A DNA stretch of 64,000 nucleotides. Origin: Anaerolineales bacterium. Its GTDB lineage: Bacteria > Chloroflexota > Anaerolineae > Anaerolineales > UBA11858. Of this stretch, positions 11,977 to 20,803 are shown one piece after another. Location: assembly GCA_016783125.1 (NCBI GenBank), contig JADHXE010000001.1, forward strand, positions 124 through 64,123. Direction: 5' to 3'. The stretch's first letter is position 1. The number at the start of each line of letters is the position of its first letter. The notes beneath the pieces were generated by a model. That model was not told the DNA's origin. It was given only the letters and a program-made list of their open reading frames with translations, and did not search any database. Both the position numbers and the translations under genes were made by a program.

Positions 11977-12093
11977 TCAGATGGAGCGGCGTGAAGCGGC
12001 AGAGCATAATTGCCAGGCGCACCAGTGCAATGTGCCGCCGATCTGTTGGTAAACACGCTCAAAGCGATGGCGATATTGCTGGGTCACTTCCAT
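11977..12093 (-). CDS. Hypothetical 38-aa small ORF
   Basis: ATG 12093 is preceded by AGGAGA with a 7-nt spacer. The product is 'MEVTQQYRHRFERVYQQIGGTLHWCAWQLCSAASRRSI'. I recognise no family. It lies between the URO-D paralog and galT-galK on the same strand. Confidence 0.2.
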   Translation of the reverse strand: MEVTQQYRHRFERVYQQIGGTLHWCAWQLCSAASRRSI

Positions 12094-12157
12094 GCAGAAA
12101 TCTCCTACTGATGTTATGAGGGCTGCTGCGCATTCTGGATTGCACCGCTCTGGCAGT

Positions 12158-13246
12158 TTACCAGGTGCTGTAAGGAGTCTTTGTAATCGTGTTCACCATT
12201 GCCCAGAAGTTTTCCAGCGGCGTATCAAGCTGAACGTGATGCGTGGGGGCTAAGATTAAACCACCGCCTTTGCCAATGGTCTGTAAGCGCTGAATAACTT
12301 CTGTTTTTACATCATCTGGCGTGCCAAACGGCAAGGTATGTTGTTCATCAATCGTCCCCCAAAAACAGAGTTTATCACCAAATTGTCGCTTGATTTCGGC
12401 AGGATCCATGCTGGCCGGTTGAATCGGATTGAGCACATCAATACCAATTTCAATCAATTCTGCAATCACAGGTAAGACATTTCCATCGGTATGGTAAGCG
12501 ATCACTATTTTGGGGTTTATTGCTTGGAGTTCAGCAATGAAATTAGCCATGCGGGGCTTGAAATACTGCCGCCACATTTTCGGTGAGATCAGCATTTTAT
12601 TTTGGGCGCCGATATCATCCCCGGTCCAGATCATATCCACACCAAGTTCTGTTAATTTTTTTGCTGCTGCGAGATGGTATTGGTATGGAATTTCCAAAAT
12701 CTGATTGGCTAAATCTGGATCAAGGGCCATATCCACCATTAATTGCTCCAGGCCTCGCAAAGCCCAGGCGGCTTCGAAAATGGTGGTCACTGTCACTCCG
12801 GCGATCCAATACTCATCTTTGAAATCGCGGATCATCTGTTCGGAAGCGGTATAAAGCCCAGGGCGGGTTGGATCAGGGGGAATATACGTATCGAAGTATC
12901 TATTATCTGCCAGTGGGTGACTGGATATCTCTGTATAACTGCCGATTCCAAACGGGGTTTCATAGGCCTGAATATCCCAACCTACCCCCCATTCGTCGGT
13001 ATAGGGTTTATCATCCATGTAATAGGAATTGGCCCAGCCTACCGAAGTCAGTAAGATATCCTCATCGAGGGCGCGTTCTAATTCATAGGTGTTGCCCCCG
13101 CCATGTGGGTTATGCGCATCCCCCGCAGTCAAGCCCATGTCCCTTCGCAAACGAGCAGCAAACTCAGGGGTAAAGCTGATTTGCATGGGACATCGATCTG
13201 GAACTTCACGGTTTAGTGCCATGAGGACACGGTCTCGATGTTTCAT
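12158..13246 (-). CDS. URO-D (uroporphyrinogen decarboxylase) superfamily protein, MtaA-like methyltransferase candidate (paralog 1)
   Basis: 362 aa. It starts with 'HRDRVLMALNREVPDRCPM' and contains 'DMIWTGDDIGAQNKMLISP', 'IAYHTDGNVLPVIAELIEIGIDVLNPIQP' and 'GGGLILAPTHHV'. It is paralogous to 20804-21925 and 25720-26997. Confidence 0.8.
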   Translation of the reverse strand: MKHRDRVLMALNREVPDRCPMQISFTPEFAARLRRDMGLTAGDAHNPHGGGNTYELERALDEDILLTSVGWANSYYMDDKPYTDEWGVGWDIQAYETPFGIGSYTEISSHPLADNRYFDTYIPPDPTRPGLYTASEQMIRDFKDEYWIAGVTVTTIFEAAWALRGLEQLMVDMALDPDLANQILEIPYQYHLAAAKKLTELGVDMIWTGDDIGAQNKMLISPKMWRQYFKPRMANFIAELQAINPKIVIAYHTDGNVLPVIAELIEIGIDVLNPIQPASMDPAEIKRQFGDKLCFWGTIDEQHTLPFGTPDDVKTEVIQRLQTIGKGGGLILAPTHHVQLDTPLENFWAMVNTITKTPYSTW

Positions 13247-13313
13247 TTCGTTTTATTTCCTCAAGCCAAGATTGCTTCGACGATCTCCAGTTCCTCGCTA
13301 TTGAAATCCAAGT

Positions 13314-13465
13314 GGTAACTACTCAGGCTATGATCGGATGAGCTAAAATGGAACACGGATTACGCTGATTTGGCTGATTTGCACGGATTTTTTTGATTTT
13401 AATCTGCGAAAATCTGCCTGATTCGCGTCATCCGCGTTCTATGCCAACAATGGCTGAGTAGTTAC
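13314..13465. repeat. MITE-like palindromic intergenic element with terminal inverted repeats
   Basis: The termini are GGTAACTACTCAGGC (13314-13328) and GGCTGAGTAGTTAC (13452-13465). The inner imperfect palindrome is GGAACACGGATTACGCTGA...TGATTCGCGTCATCCGCGTTC. The termini and the 'ATGGAAC(A)CGGATT' motif recur at 17487-17605. Confidence 0.6.
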
Positions 13466-13543
13466 TCTAAGTTGTTCAATGCGGCTGCAACGCTCTCGAT
13501 TTGGCTGACATTGCTGGCTTCACACGAGAACCTATGAGTCAAT

Positions 13544-14560
13544 TCACACGGGCAGCAATTCTGACAACCGCTCCGACTCAATCTGAGCGTTCTGGTCAAA
13601 TAGATAACAAGATGCCGCCTGAAGGTCGCTCATAAGGTACAACGGCGGGGGTGTTTTGCATTTTTTGGTTGCGAAGGGGCAGCGACTGAGAAATTTGCAG
13701 CCCCCATTGTTTTCACCCAATTCGGCTTCTTCAGCCTTGATTTCCGTTTCACCCCAGCGGCGGTTGAGATCGGGCCACGGGATCGAGTCGATTAGGAGAC
13801 GCGTATAAGGGTGTTGGGGAGCATTGATGACAGTATCTACATCCCCGGCTTCCATGACCGTGCCGCGATATAGCACAATGATCGATTTGGAAATATGGTA
13901 TGCCGTGGTCAGATCGTGGGTAATATATATGATCGTCACCCCGTAATCCTTCTTTAAGCTGCTCAATACTTCCAGAATATTAGCTCGCAGCGAAGCATCT
14001 ACCATTGAGACTGGCTCATCGGCCACTAAAATTTTCGGGCGCAGCAGCAGGGCGCGGGCCACATTTATGCGCTGGCGCTGCCCACCGGAGAGTTGGTGAG
14101 GGAACCGACCAAGAATATCCTGCGGATGCAGACCAACTGCCGAGAGCGCTTCGAACATCTTTTCGCGCATTTCTTTCTTTGAGTGTGCCAGTTTAAAACG
14201 TTTTATTGGCACACTCAGCAAGTGATCCACATGGTAAAAAGGGTTAAAAACGGCAAAGGGATCCTGAAAAACAGCCTGTACCTCACGGCGGAATATCATC
14301 CGTTCTGCACCCTTCAAGGAATTAATATCTTTACCGCGGTATAAGATCTGGCCTGAAGTGGGGGTAATAAAGCCCAGCAATAACATTGCCAGCGTGGTCT
14401 TTCCGCTGCCGCTCTCACCAGCTACTGTCAAAATTGTCGAGTTGCTCTCGTTAACTTTTAATGACAGATTGTTCAGTGCAGTTGTGCCCGGTTGTGTAGT
14501 GAACCATCCGCGGCGAAAAAAGGTTTTTGTGACGTTTCTAAATTCGAGTAATTCTGGCAT
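13544..14560 (-). CDS. ABC transporter ATP-binding protein (OppF/DppF type)
   Basis: Walker A 'GESGSGKTT', signature 'LSGGQRQR', Walker B 'ILVADEP', and a C-terminal Cys-containing oligopeptide-type extension. The start at 14560 lies 2 nt after the upstream stop. Confidence 0.9.
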   Translation of the reverse strand: MPELLEFRNVTKTFFRRGWFTTQPGTTALNNLSLKVNESNSTILTVAGESGSGKTTLAMLLLGFITPTSGQILYRGKDINSLKGAERMIFRREVQAVFQDPFAVFNPFYHVDHLLSVPIKRFKLAHSKKEMREKMFEALSAVGLHPQDILGRFPHQLSGGQRQRINVARALLLRPKILVADEPVSMVDASLRANILEVLSSLKKDYGVTIIYITHDLTTAYHISKSIIVLYRGTVMEAGDVDTVINAPQHPYTRLLIDSIPWPDLNRRWGETEIKAEEAELGENNGGCKFLSRCPFATKKCKTPPPLYLMSDLQAASCYLFDQNAQIESERLSELLPV

Positions 14561-14562
14561 AG

Positions 14563-15537
14563 CTATACCTGCTCTGTGTAAAGATGGCATGCGACCATTC
14601 TTCCGCCTTCCATTTGCTCAAGACGCGGCAGCATGGTTGTGCATATTTCTGTTGTATGCTGGCAACGAGGATGGAACGCGCAGCCCGAAGGCAAGCGCAG
14701 CAATGCGGGCGCTAAACCCGGAATGCCCTGAAAAACCCCCTTGTTATCCAGACTCGGCAAACTGCTGATCAATGCCTGAGCATAGGGATGTTGAGGATTA
14801 GTGAACATCTCGCGCACCGTACTCAATTCCATTAACCTTCCAGTGTACATTACGGCTACTTTATCAACAAATTGGGCCATCAAACCCATATCGTGGCCGA
14901 TCAGAATGATGGCCGCTCCCAGTGTTTCTTGCACACGGTCAATGGTTTCCATTACTTGGCGCTGCGTGACCACATCCAGGGCCGAGGTTGGTTCGTCCGC
15001 AATGATGACTTGCGGCTTGAGCAGGATACCGATGGCAATACAAACCCGCTGCTTCATACCCCCACTGAGTTCATGTGGATACATTTTGAAAACGCTGCGG
15101 TCCAAGTCGACTGATTCGAGAGAATCCATACTCATTTCAGCCATTTCAGCTTTCGAGGGGCTTTTGTAGTGCGCCTTGATCGCATCGACCATTTGCGCGC
15201 CAATGCGCATCACCGGATTGAGCGAATTCATGGCGCCCTGTGGGATATAGGTGATTTTTTCCAACCTGGCTTTGAGCATCTCTTCTTTTGTGAGGGTTGT
15301 CAGGTCTGTATCACCGACAATCACTTGTCCCTCTTCGATGCGGCCGGGCGGTTTGATCATGTGCATCATTGCCAGCGCCATTGTGCTCTTACCCGATCCG
15401 GATTCGCCTACTAAACCGAGTTTCTCGCCAGCGTTCAGGGTCAAGCTTACACCATCCAATGCCCGAGCGCGCCCGGCGTCGGTATAGTAGGTAACTTGTA
15501 GATTATTTATTCTCAGTACTGGTTCCATAACGCTCAA
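14563..15537 (-). CDS. ABC transporter ATP-binding protein (OppD/DppD type)
   Basis: 'GESGSGKST', 'LSGGMKQR', 'VIIADEPTSALD', and the C-terminal 'CAFHPRCQHTTEIC'. Confidence 0.9.
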   Translation of the reverse strand: MSVMEPVLRINNLQVTYYTDAGRARALDGVSLTLNAGEKLGLVGESGSGKSTMALAMMHMIKPPGRIEEGQVIVGDTDLTTLTKEEMLKARLEKITYIPQGAMNSLNPVMRIGAQMVDAIKAHYKSPSKAEMAEMSMDSLESVDLDRSVFKMYPHELSGGMKQRVCIAIGILLKPQVIIADEPTSALDVVTQRQVMETIDRVQETLGAAIILIGHDMGLMAQFVDKVAVMYTGRLMELSTVREMFTNPQHPYAQALISSLPSLDNKGVFQGIPGLAPALLRLPSGCAFHPRCQHTTEICTTMLPRLEQMEGGRMVACHLYTEQV

Positions 15538-16437
15538 TTACTCCGTCCTGCGAACACGCGGGTTGGCCAATTCATCCAGCCCCATGTTGATCAACGCCAA
15601 TGAGGTTAAAATTAATACCATCGCAATCGCGGGTAACAACGGCCACCACCACCAGCCATTAAAGAACGCGCCCTGCGACTGGGCTGCCCAGATGGTATTG
15701 CCCAGCAACGGCTCGCGTAGCGGACCCAAACCGACGACTGCCAGGTAGAAGGATGCGAAAACGGCAGAAAATACTGACCAAACAAAAGATGCAGCAATGA
15801 ATGGCAGCAGGTTTGGCATAATTTCGGCGAAGATGATTTCGAAGTCGCCCATCCCCGATAGTTTTGCCACGGAGACAAACTGACGCTCCTTCATGGAGAG
15901 CACCTGTGAGCGGATAACGATAGTGGGCCACATCCAGGCTAATAGAACCACGATCAACGCCATGGTGTAGATGGTGACATCGCGCTTGTCTAAGGACCCC
16001 GCGATCACGACTTGGATCAAGAAAACCGGAATGGGCAGCAAAATCTGGCACGTGCCTTTGATGATGCTGTCGAGCCGGCCCCCAAAATAAGCCGATATAA
16101 AACCTAAAGTAACGCCGATCAATGTGCCTATCGCCCCGGCCAGCACACCAATCAGGGCGGTTTGCCACATGCCTACAACCATGGCGGCCAGCAGATCGCG
16201 CCCGTAAAAATCAGTTCCGAATGGGTATTCCAAGCTGGGGGGTTGTTTGGGCTTAACAGACAGCGGGTATGCATCACTTGAATCTATGGTCAGTACGCCA
16301 ATTACGGTGAACAAAATCAGCCCGATGAGGATGAAAAATCCAATAAACAAGCCGGGGTTGCGGCGTAAATAACGGAAAAACAGCATTACCCGGCTGGGTT
16401 GCTGAAATTCTTGTTGAGAGATTGTCACGGTTGCCAT
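15538..16437 (-). CDS. ABC transporter permease (OppC/DppC type)
   Basis: A multi-TM protein that abuts the ATPase gene. It has the BPD_transp_1-like loop 'SQVLSMKERQFVSVAKLSG'. Confidence 0.85.
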   Translation of the reverse strand: MATVTISQQEFQQPSRVMLFFRYLRRNPGLFIGFFILIGLILFTVIGVLTIDSSDAYPLSVKPKQPPSLEYPFGTDFYGRDLLAAMVVGMWQTALIGVLAGAIGTLIGVTLGFISAYFGGRLDSIIKGTCQILLPIPVFLIQVVIAGSLDKRDVTIYTMALIVVLLAWMWPTIVIRSQVLSMKERQFVSVAKLSGMGDFEIIFAEIMPNLLPFIAASFVWSVFSAVFASFYLAVVGLGPLREPLLGNTIWAAQSQGAFFNGWWWWPLLPAIAMVLILTSLALINMGLDELANPRVRRTE

Positions 16438-16449
16438 TGATATTTTCCT

Positions 16450-17445
16450 CTATTCACGAATGCGCGGGTCAATCAGTGGGTAAAGCAGCTCTACCATCAC
16501 CATTAGAGTGGCAATCGCAATTGTGATGAATAACACCACACCATAGATCACCAGGTAATCATTGGCTTTGATGGCATTGTATAACACCGTGCCGATGCCA
16601 GGCAAGCCGAACAATTGCTCGATAACGATCCCTGAAGTTACCATATTGCCTAATGCCAGTGCGAATCCGGTAACCTGCGGTAAGAGCGCATTGCGCAGGT
16701 AGTAATCCCGGAAAATTGTAAATCCACTGAGACCCTTATGTTCCGCAAAGAGCACATAGTCTTCCCCTTGGATGGTGACGCCCATACCGCGCATCGATAG
16801 CACCCAGCCGCCCACGGTACCAAAGATGAGCGCCAGAGCAGGCAGCAGTTGGTGACGCAGTACATCCAGGTAAAACTCCAACGATTGGTCGGGTATGACA
16901 CCGATGGAATAGGCCCCGCCCAATGGCAATGCTTTCAGCCGAAAGGCGACGAAGAATAACAAAAACACGGCTAACAGCACCGGAGGTACGCCCATAAATA
17001 AGATAAAAGGTGTCGCAATGCTGCGCAGCCAACGAGGAGCACGCGGCCAGGCAGCCACTGCGCCGAGGGAATTGCCAATGATGAAAGATAATATCGTGCT
17101 GACGACCAACAGACCTAACGTCCAGGGTATCGCTTCCTGAATAAGTTCCAAGACTGTCTTGGGGTATTGGTACAACGAAACACCCAGGTCCAGGCGTGCA
17201 ATACCGCCTATATAATCCGCATATTGCTCCCAAAGTGGCTTATCCAGACCGAACTTTTGACTATATGATTCGATGATGATCTCCAACTCATCGGGAGAAA
17301 AACCACCCGTCCGGGCCAGTTGCCCAAATCGCTCGCGGATGGGATTGCGTTTTGATATTCGCGGAATAAAAAAGGTGATCGTAGACGCAGTCCAGATCAC
17401 CACGACAAGAAAGAGTAGACGCTCGATAACCTTTCGAATACTCAC
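16450..17445 (-). CDS. ABC transporter permease (OppB/DppB type)
   Basis: A multi-TM protein with 'RGMGVTIQGEDYVLFAEHKGLS' (EAA-type loop). It ends 'LIDPRIRE', which is typical of DppB-like permeases. Confidence 0.85.
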   Translation of the reverse strand: MSIRKVIERLLFLVVVIWTASTITFFIPRISKRNPIRERFGQLARTGGFSPDELEIIIESYSQKFGLDKPLWEQYADYIGGIARLDLGVSLYQYPKTVLELIQEAIPWTLGLLVVSTILSFIIGNSLGAVAAWPRAPRWLRSIATPFILFMGVPPVLLAVFLLFFVAFRLKALPLGGAYSIGVIPDQSLEFYLDVLRHQLLPALALIFGTVGGWVLSMRGMGVTIQGEDYVLFAEHKGLSGFTIFRDYYLRNALLPQVTGFALALGNMVTSGIVIEQLFGLPGIGTVLYNAIKANDYLVIYGVVLFITIAIATLMVMVELLYPLIDPRIRE

Positions 17446-17486
17446 ATTGTCTCTCCTTAGATATATATTTATCCAATAACTATGCT

Positions 17487-17605
17487 GGTAACTGATCAGC
17501 CATGGAACGGATTGCCCCGAAAAAAGGGTGTGCGCAGGGGGGCTGCCGCTTTGCGCCTGCGCACACCCTTTTTTTTTGAGCTTCCCTGTTTGGTTGAGTA
17601 GTTAC
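17487..17605. repeat. Second copy of the TIR-bearing palindromic element, carrying a GGGTGTGCG hairpin core
   Basis: The termini are GGTAACTGATCAGCC (17487-17501) and GGTTGAGTAGTTAC (17592-17605). The core is a 19-bp stem AAAAAAGGGTGTGCGCAGG / CCTGCGCACACCCTTTTTT (17520-17577) with A/T runs on both sides, which looks like a bidirectional terminator. Confidence 0.6.
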
Positions 17606-17631
17606 GTATGCTGTTACAGAAGATTTGATAC

Positions 17632-17660
17632 TTGAGTGGCGCGTTGGACGCGCCACTCAA
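17632..17660 (-). other. Perfect 12-bp stem-loop 12 nt downstream of the binding-protein gene (possible mRNA stabiliser/attenuator)
   Basis: TTGAGTGGCGCG-ttgga-CGCGCCACTCAA. No U-run follows on either strand. Confidence 0.4.
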
Positions 17661-17672
17661 ATATTATAGTAC

Positions 17673-19556
17673 TTATTTGGTGCTTTGCAGGTTGGTTACC
17701 ACAAGCTGACCAGTGTGTGCCCAGAAGGCACCATTGGAACCGGCAGCCAGGTTATCAACCGTTGGCCAGTTGACCCAGTAGGTCTGGTTGTAAGCAATGC
17801 GGTGCAGCCACTGGATAACGGGGATGTCAATCACATCGCGCCAGTAGATCTCCATTGCCTGAGCAGCCAGCTCATGGAAGCGGGGATCATCTGAAGCTAA
17901 CGGGGCCATCTCATCGAGGATAGCATCGTACTCAGGGTTGCTGTAGCGTGACCAGCGGTTGGTGCCAGCGGTGGTGCCGAGATCGGCACTGTAGCGGCCA
18001 TGGTACAGCTCAAAAGCGGCATAGGGATCCTTAAGGCTTGCGCCGTGACCCCACATGTACATGCCAGCTTCTCCGTCAACCATGTTTTGGAAGGCATTGT
18101 CGCCAAAGTTCACCGAGCCGTCGAAGCCGCAGTTGATGAACATCTCTACGAGAACGGGAACGATATCGCTGTGGATACCTTCGAAGCCATTGATCACGGC
18201 GGAAACGGTTTCTCCATCACGCTCCCACATACCATCACCGTTCAAAACAAACCCGGCATCGGTCATCAGGGCAGCAGCCTCGTCTGGATCGAACTTGCGA
18301 GGTTCGTATTGTTCGATCAAAGCCTGAACCTCGGGAGAGTCGACGAAGGCCTGCAAACCTGGGTAGAGCGGGAAGGGGTAGACGTCGGCGATCTCGGCTC
18401 CTTCGTAGACGATTTCGTTGATGGTATCGCGGTCGACACAACGGTTCATAGCCTGGCGTACGCGCACATCATCGTAGGGCGGCAGTTGGGTGTTGACCCA
18501 CAGTGAGTTAGGCCACCAGTCCAGATAACCGTAAGGCGGGTTGTCGCCGGCGTGGGTGGTGATATCGGAATTCTGCGCCAGGATGCTCTTGATCAAATCG
18601 CTGCGCATGTCCAGGGCTGAGTCCATCTCGTTGTTGACAATACGTTGCGCAACAACATCCATGTTTTGGCCGATCTGTCCGCCCAGGTTGAACATAACGA
18701 TGCGCTTGACATCTGGGGTATCGATCAGGCCAGCTTCCACGGCCCACCAATCTTCACGCAGGTCGAGGATCTTCTGGTTGTTGTCCCAGCTCACGATGGT
18801 GTAGGGGCCGGAGTGGGGCATATCCAGGTCACCGGGGAAGTCGTTCCAACTGTCCAGTTCACCCAGTACATGAGCCGGAACAATGGGGATACCGGTGTCG
18901 AATTTGAGCATCAAGACTTCGAACTTGAAGCGCGGGGCAGGCTGTTTGAAGGCTACAACAACGGTCAGCTCGTCTGCAGCTTCAACGGATTCAACAAACT
19001 GGTCGAATTGGCCGTGGTAAGGCAGCTTCTCGTCATTCATCTGGCCTTCGAAGGTGAAAACCACATCTGCCGCTGTTACAGGGACACCATCGCTCCACTT
19101 GGCCATCGGGTTCATCTTGATGGTCAGCTCAGTGAAGTCTTCTTTGGTGTACTCCATGCTCTCTGCCAGCCAGGGGATTTCCTCGTCGGCAAAGATGCCA
19201 AACCAGTAGAGCGGTTCCCACAAGAAAGTGTTGCCTTCTTGGTGGGTGTAACCGGGAACTGCCCAGGGATTGGTCACCCCGATGGGGGATGCAATACTCC
19301 AGCCCAGCACAAGCGTATCTTCGCGAGCAACTTCGGCGATACCACCGGTAGCTTCCTCAGCTTCTTCTACTTTCTCGGCCTCAGCTTCTTCGGCTTCTTC
19401 GGCCTCTTCGGCTGCCGCAGCTTCTTCAGCTTCGGGAGCTTCTTCGGCTTCCTCGGCAGCCGCAGGGGCTTCGGGAGCTTCTGAAGGGCTACACGCTGAT
19501 AGCACAAAGCTGAAGACTACCAGAATGGACAACAAAGTCAGTAACCATTTTTTCAT
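17673..19556 (-). CDS. ABC transporter substrate-binding lipoprotein, family 5 (peptide/oligosaccharide type)
   Basis: The signal plus lipobox is 'FVLSAC'. A ~45-aa Glu/Ala-rich tether follows ('EAPAAAEEAEEAPEAEEAAAAEEAEEAEEAEAEKVEEAEEA'), then an SBP_bac_5-like body. Confidence 0.85.
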   Translation of the reverse strand: MKKWLLTLLSILVVFSFVLSACSPSEAPEAPAAAEEAEEAPEAEEAAAAEEAEEAEEAEAEKVEEAEEATGGIAEVAREDTLVLGWSIASPIGVTNPWAVPGYTHQEGNTFLWEPLYWFGIFADEEIPWLAESMEYTKEDFTELTIKMNPMAKWSDGVPVTAADVVFTFEGQMNDEKLPYHGQFDQFVESVEAADELTVVVAFKQPAPRFKFEVLMLKFDTGIPIVPAHVLGELDSWNDFPGDLDMPHSGPYTIVSWDNNQKILDLREDWWAVEAGLIDTPDVKRIVMFNLGGQIGQNMDVVAQRIVNNEMDSALDMRSDLIKSILAQNSDITTHAGDNPPYGYLDWWPNSLWVNTQLPPYDDVRVRQAMNRCVDRDTINEIVYEGAEIADVYPFPLYPGLQAFVDSPEVQALIEQYEPRKFDPDEAAALMTDAGFVLNGDGMWERDGETVSAVINGFEGIHSDIVPVLVEMFINCGFDGSVNFGDNAFQNMVDGEAGMYMWGHGASLKDPYAAFELYHGRYSADLGTTAGTNRWSRYSNPEYDAILDEMAPLASDDPRFHELAAQAMEIYWRDVIDIPVIQWLHRIAYNQTYWVNWPTVDNLAAGSNGAFWAHTGQLVVTNLQSTK

Positions 19557-19643
19557 GATATTTTCTCCTCATATTTTTTGTAAGGTAAATTTGACATTAT
19601 GTTTTTGAAAAAGCAAAGTGTATTTTATGTCTACCACCTCCTT

Positions 19644-20663
19644 TCATAATTGTGGCGGTGCGCAGGAACTACGTTTTATAAGCTGAGCATTGAGACGCAC
19701 CTGTTTTGGAATATATTTTGGGTTTTGTACGGCTTCAATGAGAAGTTGTGCTCCATGACGACCAAACTCGTCCATGGGTTGCTGGATTGTTGTGAGGGGG
19801 GGATCAAAATAAGAAGCAAGTGGGATGTCATCGTAGCCGATGATTGAGATGTCTTGCGGAATACGTAGCCCCGTTTCTCGCAAGGCGCGGATTGCGCCCA
19901 CAGCCATCCTGTCATTCTGTGCAAATATTGCCGAAAAAGATTGTTTGGTTTCCAATAATTGTTGGACCGCGTATTCCCCGGACTTCGCTGTCCAGTCACC
20001 AACGGCAACCATTTTTTTTTCTGGCTCAATACCTGCCTCTTTCAATGCCTGGCGGTATCCTTCCAGCCGGTCTAACGTGCATTCCTCGTTCTCTGGACCG
20101 AGGATTGTAGCAATAGAAGTATGACCTAACCCCACCAAAAAGTGAACAGCCTGGTATCCGCCATTTTTATCATCACAGACAACCGATGATACCGCTTCAC
20201 CGATAGGAGAGTTTTTCAGATAGACTAAAGGGATACCTTCTTTCACCAGTGGCAGCAAATAGCGATAACGTTCATCGTCTCGAGGGTTGAGTACAAGTAA
20301 CCCATCCACGCGCCGGTTCAACATCTCGTCGAGTAATGGTTGTATCTCATCAACGGTGGGGGCACTGCCCGTAAGAACAAAAAAGCCCTGGCGGCGAGCT
20401 TCTACCTGGGCACTTTCGATAATGCTGGCAAAACTATAATCTGTAAAATTGGGGGAGATACAACCCAGGGTGTGGGTATGTCCCTTGGCCATCGAACGCG
20501 CAATCGCGTTGGGACGATAGCCGAGTTCTTTGATCGCTTTTTCAACCCGCGTGCGGGTACCGGGGGTGACACGCTCGCTGTTATTGATCACGCGCGAGAC
20601 CGTTTGGTGGGAAACCCCAGCCAGAGCTGCAACATCTCTTATGGTCACGCGGGGACGAGACAA
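19644..20663 (-). CDS. LacI-family transcriptional regulator
   Basis: The N-terminal HTH is 'VTIRDVAALAGVSHQTVSRVINN', followed by a periplasmic-binding-protein-like sugar domain. Confidence 0.9.
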   Translation of the reverse strand: MSRPRVTIRDVAALAGVSHQTVSRVINNSERVTPGTRTRVEKAIKELGYRPNAIARSMAKGHTHTLGCISPNFTDYSFASIIESAQVEARRQGFFVLTGSAPTVDEIQPLLDEMLNRRVDGLLVLNPRDDERYRYLLPLVKEGIPLVYLKNSPIGEAVSSVVCDDKNGGYQAVHFLVGLGHTSIATILGPENEECTLDRLEGYRQALKEAGIEPEKKMVAVGDWTAKSGEYAVQQLLETKQSFSAIFAQNDRMAVGAIRALRETGLRIPQDISIIGYDDIPLASYFDPPLTTIQQPMDEFGRHGAQLLIEAVQNPKYIPKQVRLNAQLIKRSSCAPPQL

Positions 20664-20708
20664 ATCTTTTCCTCGAGATTGATCAAATTGAGTAAGTACG
20701 AGAAGTAA

Positions 20709-20734
20709 TGTTACCGGTCACGTGACCGGTAACA
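20709..20734. promoter_or_regulatory. Perfect 26-bp palindrome upstream of lacI-family gene (candidate operator)
   Basis: TGTTACCGGTCAC|GTGACCGGTAACA lies 46-71 nt upstream of the LacI start. A related half-site, GACGTGACCAA, lies at 20755-20765. Confidence 0.45.
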
Positions 20735-20803
20735 AAAGAATAACTCAATTTATTGACGTGACCAATAGATTTTTATGCTAAATAATGGAGAATCCTGCGA
20801 TTC

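Noticed and set aside
19340-19500. A GAAGC/GCTTC-rich repetitive DNA stretch might be a possible satellite.
   Set aside because: It encodes, in frame, the Glu/Ala-rich tether between the lipobox and the mature domain of the binding lipoprotein. It is low-complexity coding sequence.
15563-19608. Many long ORFs lie antisense to, or out of frame with, the ABC transporter genes (e.g. 15659-16168, 16736-17233, 18645-19484, 19270-19608).
   Set aside because: These are shadow ORFs of GC-rich coding sequence. Their translations are low-complexity (Arg/Gly/Ser-rich) and they overlap genes with clear family signatures.
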